This document shows positions 9,917 through 18,600 of a DNA stretch of 32,000 nt, one piece after another (the first letter of the stretch is position 1; every line of letters starts with the position of its first letter). The position numbers and the translations under genes are program-made. Source of the DNA: Psychrobacter cryohalolentis K5 (lineage in GTDB: Bacteria > Pseudomonadota > Gammaproteobacteria > Pseudomonadales > Moraxellaceae); the NCBI RefSeq assembly GCF_000013905.1, contig NC_007969.1:1470001-1502000 (forward strand), in the 5' to 3' direction. The notes under the pieces are model-generated. The model ran no database searches and was not told the DNA's origin. It worked only from the letters and a program-made list of their open reading frames with translations.

Positions 9917-11854
9917 TCAGTAACCAACGACTGCCGCATCGACAATACGTGGATCTGAAGATCCATACACGCCATTTGGGGTAACCATAATAGACTGTGT
10001 TGATCCCATAGCTGACTGCTGACTGACCTTATGTCCCATGGACTCCAGTTTCTTAATAGTATCGATATTTAGTGCTTTTTCGATACGAATCTCATCCGGT
10101 AGCCATTGGTCATGAATACGTGGCGCATGCGTCGCTTCAGCGATATTCATATCATGGTCAATGACATTTGAGATCACCTGCGTGACGGTAGTAATAATGC
10201 GGCTACCACCCGGACTGCCTGTGACGATATAAGGTTTGCTGTCTTTAAATACGATTGTTGGACTCATAGAAGATAACGGGCGTTTATTGGCTTCAACCGC
10301 ATTGGCGTCGCCGCCGATTAAGCCGTAACCATTTGGCACACCGGGCTTAGCAGAAAAATCATCCATCTCGTTATTGAGCAGTATCCCCGTACCTTCAGCA
10401 ACAAGCCCCGTCCCATAAGAAAAGTTCAGCGTATACGTATTGGCTACCGCATTGCCATCTTTATCGACAATAGAAAAATGCGTGGTTTGATCACTCTCAT
10501 AAGGTAGAGGGTTATTTGCCTTAATAGTTGCTGCTGGCGTGGCTTTATTTGGGTTGATTAACGTGCGTAGCTTATCAGCATAAGGCTGGGCAGTTAAACC
10601 GCTGGCAGGTACGTCAATAAAATCAGAATCCCCCAAATATTCAGAACGATCTGCATAAGCCAACTGCATAGCTTCAGCCATTAAATGAATGGTTTGCGCG
10701 CTGTTTTGACCATAGTCTTTTAGCGGATAACCTTCTAAGATATTTAAAATCTGCACGATATGAATACCGCCAGAAGACGGTGGTGGCATGGAGACAATCT
10801 CATAACCACGATAATCGCCTTTGACCGGTGTACGGGCAATAGCTTGATAATTTGCCAAGTCCTGCAAGCTCATTTTACCGCCTGCTTCATTGACCGCTTT
10901 AACCAATTTACGGGCGGTTTCTCCTTTATAAAAACCATCACTACCTTTTGCCGCAATCAGTTTAAGGGACTTTGCCAGCTCCGGCTGTTTTAAACGCTCA
11001 CCCGGTTGATAAGTGCTGCCATCGGCTTTAAAGAATATCTTTTTGGTACTTGGCCATTTTTGTAAGCGATCGCTTAACGCTTCTAGGGACTCTGATAATC
11101 CAGCAGTGACTTCGATACCGTTTTCAGCCAGCGCAATCGCTGGTGCCAGCACTTGCCCGCGGCTCATGGTGCCATGATCCTCTAACGCTTTGAGTAAGCC
11201 TGCGACCGTACCCGGCACACCAACTGCTAAGCCATGATAACGAGATAAATCACTGACGGCATTGCCCTCCTTATCGAGATACATATCACGCGAGGCGCTA
11301 CTAGGGGCTTTTTCACGATAATCGAGTGCGACTGTTTTACCTTGTTTGGCGTCATATACCATCATAAATCCGCCACCGCCGATATTACCGGCTCGCGGTA
11401 ATGTCACAGCTAACGCAAAGCCAACAGCTACAGCAGCATCAACGGCATTGCCACCATCTTTCAAAATCTTTAAGCCGATATCAGAAGCCAGTGCTTCTTG
11501 GGTAGCAACCATGCCGTTTTTTGCCCAAACAGGATGGTGGATAGCGTCCACAGAATAGATGGCTTGATCGGTTTTGGCTTGCGTGGCCTTAGGCGTGAAC
11601 GTGTTACTTTTCGCTCGTGTCACGCGCTGCGTCTCAGACAATACCGTGGGATTTTCTTTCATAACCGTTAGATTAATCGCACTGGTATTAATCGAGGTTG
11701 GATTAATGGTTTTTGAGGCGACAGCAGTATTTGTGTCTACCGCATGGGCAGATACAGAAAATAATAGCGTGCTGCCAATAATTAACGTTGCAGATTTTAA
11801 AGTCTTATAAGTGGGCGCTTGTGTCTGATGAGAATAAGAATATGGAGCTGACAT
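9917..11854 (-). CDS. ggt: Gamma-glutamyltranspeptidase / glutathione hydrolase proenzyme
   Basis: 645 aa. The signal peptide ends ...LLFSVSAHA|VD. GGT motifs are GNIGGGGFM, the autoprocessing nucleophile in ESDQTTHFSIVD, and GSPGGSRIITTV. An AAAGGA SD lies 7 nt upstream of the ATG. Confidence 0.93.
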   Translation of the reverse strand: MSAPYSYSHQTQAPTYKTLKSATLIIGSTLLFSVSAHAVDTNTAVASKTINPTSINTSAINLTVMKENPTVLSETQRVTRAKSNTFTPKATQAKTDQAIYSVDAIHHPVWAKNGMVATQEALASDIGLKILKDGGNAVDAAVAVGFALAVTLPRAGNIGGGGFMMVYDAKQGKTVALDYREKAPSSASRDMYLDKEGNAVSDLSRYHGLAVGVPGTVAGLLKALEDHGTMSRGQVLAPAIALAENGIEVTAGLSESLEALSDRLQKWPSTKKIFFKADGSTYQPGERLKQPELAKSLKLIAAKGSDGFYKGETARKLVKAVNEAGGKMSLQDLANYQAIARTPVKGDYRGYEIVSMPPPSSGGIHIVQILNILEGYPLKDYGQNSAQTIHLMAEAMQLAYADRSEYLGDSDFIDVPASGLTAQPYADKLRTLINPNKATPAATIKANNPLPYESDQTTHFSIVDKDGNAVANTYTLNFSYGTGLVAEGTGILLNNEMDDFSAKPGVPNGYGLIGGDANAVEANKRPLSSMSPTIVFKDSKPYIVTGSPGGSRIITTVTQVISNVIDHDMNIAEATHAPRIHDQWLPDEIRIEKALNIDTIKKLESMGHKVSQQSAMGSTQSIMVTPNGVYGSSDPRIVDAAVVGY

Positions 11855-12040
11855 CGCAAAGTCCTTTTTACGAGGATGAAAGAAATTGGGCTAAAAATAT
11901 AGGATTAATCAATAAGATTAACTGATAAGGTTAAATAGTAACGAATATTGCGAGTAGTAGAAAGGACTTTGACATCTTTCGTTTTCAGATAAGAAAACGG
12001 TTATGAGGTAATTGAATTTAGGAAATGTAAAATACAGAGG

Positions 12041-12075
12041 AAAAGAAGCGCATCGGTAAGCCGATACGCTTCTTT
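12041..12075 (-). terminator. Rho-independent terminator after the cpxP-like gene
   Basis: The minus strand reads GAAGCGTATCGG-CTTA-CCGATGCGCTTC followed by TTTT. The stem is 12 bp with one G-U pair and lies about 55 nt downstream of the stop at 12127. Confidence 0.7.
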
Positions 12076-12126
12076 AAATGTTCTTACTTTATCTAACTAA
12101 TGCTTTCTAATTGTATAGCTTATATC

Positions 12127-12648
12127 TTACTGCGCTTGGTTATGCATCTTACGCTGTTTTGAACCATGATGACCTTTGGTTGTTCTTTCTGATTTTAACT
12201 GTGCCATTTTTGCACGCTGCTCAGCTGTGAGTACTTGCGAAATGGCATGTTGGGTTTGAACGCGTTCAATAAAGCGCTGCTTGCTTTTAGCTGCTTGCTG
12301 GTCTGCAAGACGATTGATGGCAGCGTTATCCAAGGTATTAGCGTTCGTCAATGCCTGCATCTGCTGCTGCATTTGCATACGTTCTGCTTGGTGTTTTGCA
12401 CGGTCATTTTTGTGATCGCCCTGTTTTTCTTGCATGATGGCTTTGATTTGTGCCTGCTGCGTCGCTGTTAGATTTAGCTGTGCCATTGGACCTCTCATGC
12501 CGTCTTTCATGCCTTTATGCTGCATTTTGCTTGTTGTTGGCGTCGCCTCAGTAGAGGCATTGACACTGCTGCAGGCAGTCACGGTCAATACGCTAGACAT
12601 CGCTAATATTGAACCCATCAATAATTTTTTCATTTGCATCATTTGCAT
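12127..12648 (-). CDS. cpxP: CpxP/Spy-family periplasmic protein (LTXXQ motif family), possibly lipid-anchored
   Basis: Two LTXXQ motifs are present (LNLTATQQAQIK and VLTAEQRAKMAQL) in a helical, Gln/Lys-rich sequence with a basic His-containing tail. It is divergent from a cpxR/cpxA-like pair, as in E. coli. The track ORF starts at 12735. I prefer the ATG at 12648 (MQMMQMKKLLMGSILAMSSVLTVTAC) because it begins a signal peptide and has an AAGG 8 nt upstream. Confidence 0.75.
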   Translation of the reverse strand: MQMMQMKKLLMGSILAMSSVLTVTACSSVNASTEATPTTSKMQHKGMKDGMRGPMAQLNLTATQQAQIKAIMQEKQGDHKNDRAKHQAERMQMQQQMQALTNANTLDNAAINRLADQQAAKSKQRFIERVQTQHAISQVLTAEQRAKMAQLKSERTTKGHHGSKQRKMHNQAQ

Positions 12649-12716
12649 AAGAGTTACCTTAATTTTTGTAAAAGTGAGGGTATATCTGATAATTCTAGTC
12701 TTGATCGAGCGTCCCG

Positions 12717-12763
12717 GATAGTCACTATGAATCACTACTATAAATCACTAATATGAATCATTG
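12717..12763. promoter_or_regulatory. Four phased direct repeats ((A/G)TCA(C/T)T core) in the cpxP-cpxR divergent intergenic region; candidate response-regulator boxes
   Basis: The sequence reads gataGTCACTAtgaATCACTActataaATCACTAatatgaATCATTG. Cores start at 12721, 12731, 12744 and 12757, a spacing of 10, 13 and 13 bp. This lies 70-115 bp upstream of the preferred cpxP start. A TAGAAT -10-like hexamer on the minus strand (12692-12697) lies between the repeats and the gene. Confidence 0.4.
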
Positions 12764-12938
12764 CTCGACATTGTAAATTAGCATCAACTTGTTTTTGATA
12801 ACCACTATCATACGACAGTCAGAGGTTACGAACATTTATGAAACATTAAGAAAGGTAACGTTTATAGCGCATAGGTAGCGCTTGCTTGATAATATGAGCC
12901 ATAAAATGGTTGAGAGGTACAATAATAAGGTGATAACA

Positions 12939-13631
12939 ATGTCAAATATTTTATTGGGTGACGATGACGAAGAGTTGACTCAATTACTGCAAGAATATCT
13001 GCATAATCACGGTGTTCGTTGTGACTGCGTGCATGATGGAGAAGCGGTCATAGAGCGATTAAAGACGACGATGCAAGATAGTTCGCCTTATGATTTGTTG
13101 GTGCTCGATATCATGATGCCAAAAATAGACGGGCTCAGTGTGTTACGTCAGCTGCCTGCTATTAGTGATATCCCTGTCATTATGCTTACCGCAAAAGGGG
13201 AGGAGATAGACCGTATCATCGGGCTGGAGCTTGGCGCTGATGATTATATTACCAAGCCTTGTAATCCACGTGAGCTGCTGGCACGCATCAATGCGGTGAT
13301 TAAGCGCACCAGTATTGCGGTCAGTTTTACCGAGCAATTACCGCTGCCGAGTAGTCGCTTATATCTTGACCAACAGCAAAGGCTTTGCCAGATAGATGGC
13401 GTTGAGCTGCAATTAACAGGTACAGAGTTTGATTTATTGCTGGCTTTATTACGACAAAAAGGTGAGGTAGTCAGTAAATCGTGGCTATCACAGCATGTCT
13501 TGCAGCGAGAATTACAGCCTTTTGACCGTAGCCTTGATGTCCATGTCTCGCGCCTGCGTAAAAAACTTCAACCTTTCCATGATGAGCCAATCAAGGCAAT
13601 TCGTGGTAAAGGCTATCAGTTGGTACTCTAA
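12939..13631 (+). CDS. cpxR: OmpR/PhoB-family response regulator, CpxR-like
   Basis: From memory it aligns closely with E. coli CpxR: ILLGDDDEELTQLL, LLVLDIMMP (phospho-acceptor Asp), VIMLTAKG, LGADDYITKP, LTGTEFDLLLAL and RGKGYQL. The track start at 12882 is a TTG. The ATG at 12939 (MSNILLGDDD), preceded by AAGG, gives the canonical receiver N-terminus. Confidence 0.85.
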   Translation: MSNILLGDDDEELTQLLQEYLHNHGVRCDCVHDGEAVIERLKTTMQDSSPYDLLVLDIMMPKIDGLSVLRQLPAISDIPVIMLTAKGEEIDRIIGLELGADDYITKPCNPRELLARINAVIKRTSIAVSFTEQLPLPSSRLYLDQQQRLCQIDGVELQLTGTEFDLLLALLRQKGEVVSKSWLSQHVLQRELQPFDRSLDVHVSRLRKKLQPFHDEPIKAIRGKGYQLVL

Positions 13632-15322
13632 TGACAGAAGCTGCCCAAAATCCTACAGCGATAAACAAATCGAAGCTGAGCATACCTGTGTCGCTATTTT
13701 GGCGACTCTTTTTGAGTTTGCTATTTATGATTCTGATCACTTCTATCTTATCTATAGCAGTAGAGCGCTGGCTTAATGAGCGAGAGCTTGCTAATCGTAT
13801 GGATTCTCAAATTGATAAGCTGCTTATTCAGCGTGAGCGGCTGGTCATATCCTTGGAAGCGGGTGACTTATCTACTGTAAAGCAGATTTATAACGAAGAT
13901 CGAAGACTCATGAGCCAAATCAGGATATACGATGAGCAGGGCGCTATTATATTTCCAAGATATCGGTTTCGAGAAAATCGTGTCAAGCGGCGTCAAGCAC
14001 GTGACGTGGCAAGTATAAAGGCAATAGACTTGCAGATAGAAGGTGAGCAATCATCTGTACCACTGAATATGCACAATTCTGTGAGTAGCAGTACTGACAA
14101 TAAAACATCTGATTATCATGAAATTAGTGATAAAGAGCGTGTCGATAAGAACCCTTATAGGGCGTATTCCTTTGATAAGGATGGCGTCAAAAGCGCGCAC
14201 CCAAATAATAAACCTTTTAGCCTCGATGATATTTTAAAACCAATGCCGTCTCATAAAGCCATTGCTGACATTGATAGCCGACCTGAGTTAGCTGAGGTTA
14301 CAGTGGTTATGCCAAATAATGACAGCGTTATCATACAGCTGCGTCCGCACCTATTATTTAAAGATGTGTTAGAGCTACAGCGGGGCAATTTTATGCTGCG
14401 GCTCTTGCTGATTATACTCTTTAGCGTGTTGGTGTGCTTTTGGCTCAGTCGTACGTTGACTCGGCGTATTGGGCGTGTGCAGGATACCGTACACCGGATG
14501 ATAGATGGCAACTATGAAGTCAATCCGCAGTTATCAAGTCTGGGTTCTGACGAATTGGGGTTATTAGCAAAAGATGTCGCTTTACTATCAACGCGGCTCG
14601 CTGACAGTGAGCTGGCACGCAAGCAGATGTTAAGTGATATCTCGCATGAGCTGCGCTCGCCGCTGGCCCGTCTCGATGTAGCGACTGAGCTGACACGAGA
14701 TTTTGCGCCCAACGCCAGTCGTTATCTTGACCGTATCGATAAAGAGTCAACGCGGATGAATGAGCTGATTGAGCAAATTATCCGTATTCAATCGTTGCAA
14801 ATGCAGCAATATACCGTCGACACTCTAGAAAATGAGGCAGTAGACATCTGTGAAATTATCAATGAGATTGGTCAAGATGTCTGTTTTGAGTTTCAGCATA
14901 AAAATATATATTGGCAATGGCATGTGAATCCGTCTTTATTGCCAGATTCTTGCACAGTAATGGGCAATCAAGAACAGCTGCATAGTGCCCTTGAAAATAT
15001 CATCCGTAATGCTTTTATGCATACTGCTTTTGATTCGGCAGTGATGGCTGAGATACAAGCAGTGAAGATGAATAATAAAATGTCAGCTATTGAAATAAGC
15101 ATCACTGACGAGGGGGGCGGTGTTGCAGAACAGGATCTGGAGCGTATTTTTCAGCCTTTCGTTAGGCTTGATACGGCGCGCCATCGCGAAACGGGCGGTT
15201 ATGGACTGGGGTTGGCAATCGTCCATGCCGTAGTGATGGCACATAGAGGTCAGATCACTGTCCATAATCGCCAAGATGGTATATTGGGGCTTGTGATAAA
15301 AGTAATACTACCTATTAAATAG
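13631..15322 (+). CDS. cpxA: Sensor histidine kinase, CpxA-like, with an enlarged periplasmic loop
   Basis: 563 aa. The TAATG stop/start overlap with the regulator gene suggests translational coupling. There are two TM segments (about residues 20-45 and 254-276) and a HAMP region. The H-box is MLSDISHELRSPLARL (His339), the N-box ALENIIRNAFMHT, and the G-boxes ITDEGGGV and ETGGYGLGLAIV. These closely resemble E. coli CpxA as I recall it. Confidence 0.85.
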   Translation: MTEAAQNPTAINKSKLSIPVSLFWRLFLSLLFMILITSILSIAVERWLNERELANRMDSQIDKLLIQRERLVISLEAGDLSTVKQIYNEDRRLMSQIRIYDEQGAIIFPRYRFRENRVKRRQARDVASIKAIDLQIEGEQSSVPLNMHNSVSSSTDNKTSDYHEISDKERVDKNPYRAYSFDKDGVKSAHPNNKPFSLDDILKPMPSHKAIADIDSRPELAEVTVVMPNNDSVIIQLRPHLLFKDVLELQRGNFMLRLLLIILFSVLVCFWLSRTLTRRIGRVQDTVHRMIDGNYEVNPQLSSLGSDELGLLAKDVALLSTRLADSELARKQMLSDISHELRSPLARLDVATELTRDFAPNASRYLDRIDKESTRMNELIEQIIRIQSLQMQQYTVDTLENEAVDICEIINEIGQDVCFEFQHKNIYWQWHVNPSLLPDSCTVMGNQEQLHSALENIIRNAFMHTAFDSAVMAEIQAVKMNNKMSAIEISITDEGGGVAEQDLERIFQPFVRLDTARHRETGGYGLGLAIVHAVVMAHRGQITVHNRQDGILGLVIKVILPIK

Positions 15323-15418
15323 AAATAACCTCAAATGAGAACGTATTTCATCAACATATATTCACTAATAAGAATATAACCGATGGACGGTAGTAAATTG
15401 CCGATGTGTGGTATTGAG

Positions 15419-15462
15419 ACTCTCTGTATATTCGTTAATAATAATATACAGAGAGTTATAAT
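15419..15462. promoter_or_regulatory. Perfect 14-bp inverted repeat abutting a consensus TATAAT hexamer upstream of the adhesin gene. It may be an operator, a promoter element, or a weak cpxA terminator.
   Basis: ACTCTCTGTATATT (15419-15432), a 10-nt loop CGTTAATAAT, then AATATACAGAGAGT (15443-15456), followed at once by TATAAT (15457-15462). It lies 97 nt after the cpxA stop and 173 nt before the adhesin ATG. There is no clean T-run after the stem. Confidence 0.35.
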
Positions 15463-15634
15463 GATTTACAAAATAAGACGCTTTATGTCTCAAATAATCA
15501 TCTAAGTAATTTTTTAACCCTAACTTCTAATCCTATTGCCTCATAACTGTTTTCTTTTGTTACATCAACTCTCTACAAAATGGATTTTAACTTCGATTTT
15601 TTAAATCAGACAAATCTATAAGGGAGTATACATC

Positions 15635-18600
15635 ATGAACCGCATCTATAAGGTAATATGGAATGAAGCCTTAAACTGTTTCACTGCAGTTGGTGAATAC
15701 GCAAAGGCACGTGGCAAATCTTCCAAATCTAGCGTGAGTGCAAACGCTACCATCAACACGACAGAAAATCTTTCATCTACCAGTGCTTTCAAACTCACGG
15801 CTATCGGGCTGGGTTTAATGGCGGCTGGTTTTTGTATACAAGCGAGTGCTATTCCAAATAATGGTAACTCGAGTAATCACAATATCGATTATCCTTTTAC
15901 TCATACCCATGGTCTTGGTGAACATACTCATACTACTAACAATAGTCATAAGAAAGAAGGTGATAATTCGGATACTTCAATAATTCTAGAATTTGAAGGT
16001 GATATTGGTGATCCTATTGCACTCAAACAGGGTGAAACACTTCATATTTTAGGTGGTGAGACTGATGCAAACAATTTATCCAATAATGATAATATCGGTG
16101 TTGTCGCAGATGGCGATATCTTAATGATCAAGCTTGCTAAAGATATTGACCTTGACGCTGATGGAAGTGTAACGATGGGGGATACTTTGGTTGATAACTC
16201 AGGTATCACGATCACTAATACTGTTCCAGCTAAAATTGTCAGCTTAACCAGTGCTGGTCTTAACAACGGCGGTAATCAAATCACGAACGTCGCTAGTGGG
16301 GGTTTACTAACAGATCCCAATAATCAACATAACGCTGCAACCATTGGTGATATTGTAGCCAACCAGATAAAATACGTCAGTATCAACTCAACAGGTGGCA
16401 CTAATGAAGATAACCTAGGTGCTCAAGGTGCAGACGCAATTGCGATTGGTAAGGGTGCTTCTGCAGTTGGACAGACTACAGTAGCCATAGGTTTGAACTC
16501 TGGTTCTGGATCAACTGCAGGTACTCGAGAGGGAGTATCTGTAGGTAATGCTTCAGGTCAAAATGTACTATCATCGGGTAACGTAGGTATAGGTAGAGGT
16601 GCAGGCTCAAATATAACATCTATAACTACATCTGCTATAAATCCCTTTCCTGTTATTAAAGGACAAAACGTTGCAATAGGGGCTGATGCTGGTAGAGACA
16701 TAGCAGGTAATTACAACTCAGCATTGGGTGAGCGATCAGGTCGTGTTGTTGATGGTAATGCAAATACAGCTATCGGGTCTTTTTCAGGTAACAATGTGAA
16801 AGGTAGCGCTAACATTGCTATGGGTCCGAATACAGGCGTTATTGTCAGTGGCGACTATAACACAGCGATTGGTAACTTCGCTGGTGCAAATGTCAGAGGT
16901 GACCGTAACGTAGCGTTGGGTACTGAAGCTGGTAAAAACGTCAGTGGAATAAGAAACGTTGCGATCGGTAATGAAGCTGGTGCAGGTATTACTAATGATT
17001 TAACAGTAGCTATCGGTAATAATGCTGGCAATTTCCAGAACGGACAGATCGGTAAAAACAGCATATCAGTAGGTACTAACTCTTCAGCTCAAGGTCACAG
17101 TAGCATGGCGCTTGGACGTGGGTCTGTTTCTGCTGGAATTAATGCTATTGGTATTGGTGTTCAATCTATCGCCTCAGCAACAGGTACTATTGCTGTCGGT
17201 GATAGAGCTGAGGCCAGTGGTGAAAATGCTATTGCGATTGGGAAAAATTCGCTAGCTACAGGGTCACAAGCTATTGGTGTAGGATCACGTGCAGGGAATG
17301 GTGGTGCAGCATACGGTGATAACGCAGATGCAGGAGGCACCACAATGTCTGCTACTCTTACTGTTATCGAAGGAACTGCTATAGGTAATGGCTCTATAGT
17401 TAACGTTAATAATGGTGTAGCTTTAGGATCGAAATCAGTAGCTAACCGTACTGCTACTGGCTTAGGTACAGTGTTTGTCCCAACATCAGCAAGTGGATTA
17501 GCTATTGAATCTACTAGAAGTACTGTACTTGGTGCTGTCTCTGTAGGCAATAATGCTGACGGCAACCGTCAGATAGTTAATGTCGCAGCTGGTAGAGATG
17601 ATAGTGATGCGGTCAATGTATCTCAGCTAAGAGCGTTAGATACTATCGTTGCTGGCATTGATTTCCCTATCCGCTCTAGCAATGCAAAACCATACACCAC
17701 GTCAGTAACAGGTACTGATGCTCTTGCTGTTGGCTCTAATGCTATAGCAAATGGTGACCGCTCAACTGCTGTTGGAGAGAATGCTAAAGCTATTGGTATT
17801 CAGGCTAGTGCCTTTGGTGCAGGTGCAGAAGCAACAGCCCGTAGCAGTTTGGCATCAGGTTTTGAAGCTAAAGCTAAAAGTGGCGAATCAGTTGCTCTAG
17901 GTGTCAGGAGTAGTGCGGAAGGTTTAGGTGCCACAGCTGTTGGTCCTACTGCAAACGCTAGAGGCGAAGATAGTGTAGCGCTAGGTCGTCGCTCTAAAGC
18001 AGACGGTGCTGGTGCCATGGCTTTAGGTGGTTTCTCTGAAGCCGTAGGTGAAAATGCATCAGCTGTTGGCTTTAATGCTGAAGCTACTAATAAAAATGCA
18101 ACAGCGATTGGCGTAAATGCAAAAGCCTTAGGTGAGCGTTCAGTGGCTATAGGTGAAGGTGCGCAAGCTACTACTCTTACAGGTACTGCTATCGGTTCAC
18201 GTACGCGCGCTACTGGAATACAAAGCACCGCAGTTGGTGTTGGTTCTAAAGCAACTAAACAATGGTCAACGGCTATGGGCTTTGTTTCAGAAGCAAATGG
18301 CCTCAGTTCTGTTGCTCTAGGTGATCGAAGTATAGTAGGTGGTAAAGAGTCAATAGCGATAGGTAAAGGAAATACAGTGAACGGCGCTAACTCAATCGCT
18401 GTGGGTACTGGCCATATTGTTAGTGGTAATAATTCAGGTGCATTTGGTGACCCTAATATCGTTAGTGGTATGGGTAGTTACGCGGTTGGTAATAACAATG
18501 CCATCGCGGCTAACAACTCCTTTGTTCTGGGCAATAACGTCACGATCAAAGCCAGTGATAAGAATTCAATCGCTCTTGGCGAGGGTGCAATAATCAATGG

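Noticed and set aside
12649-12735. 29-aa N-terminal extension of the CpxP-like ORF (MIHSDYPGRSIKTRIIRYTLTFTKIKVTL)
   Set aside because: The extension precedes the signal peptide and would bury it. It also overlaps the direct-repeat regulatory array. An internal ATG at 12648 has an SD-like AAGG and yields a normal signal peptide.
12668-12779. E. coli-type CpxR box (GTAAA-N5-GTAAA) in the cpxP-cpxR intergenic region
   Set aside because: Only isolated GTAAA half-sites are present (12668-12672 and 12773-12777). The nearest second halves are at the wrong spacing or mismatched (GTAAA-N7-GTATA). I therefore do not call a canonical CpxR box and report the ATCACTA repeats as the observable pattern instead.
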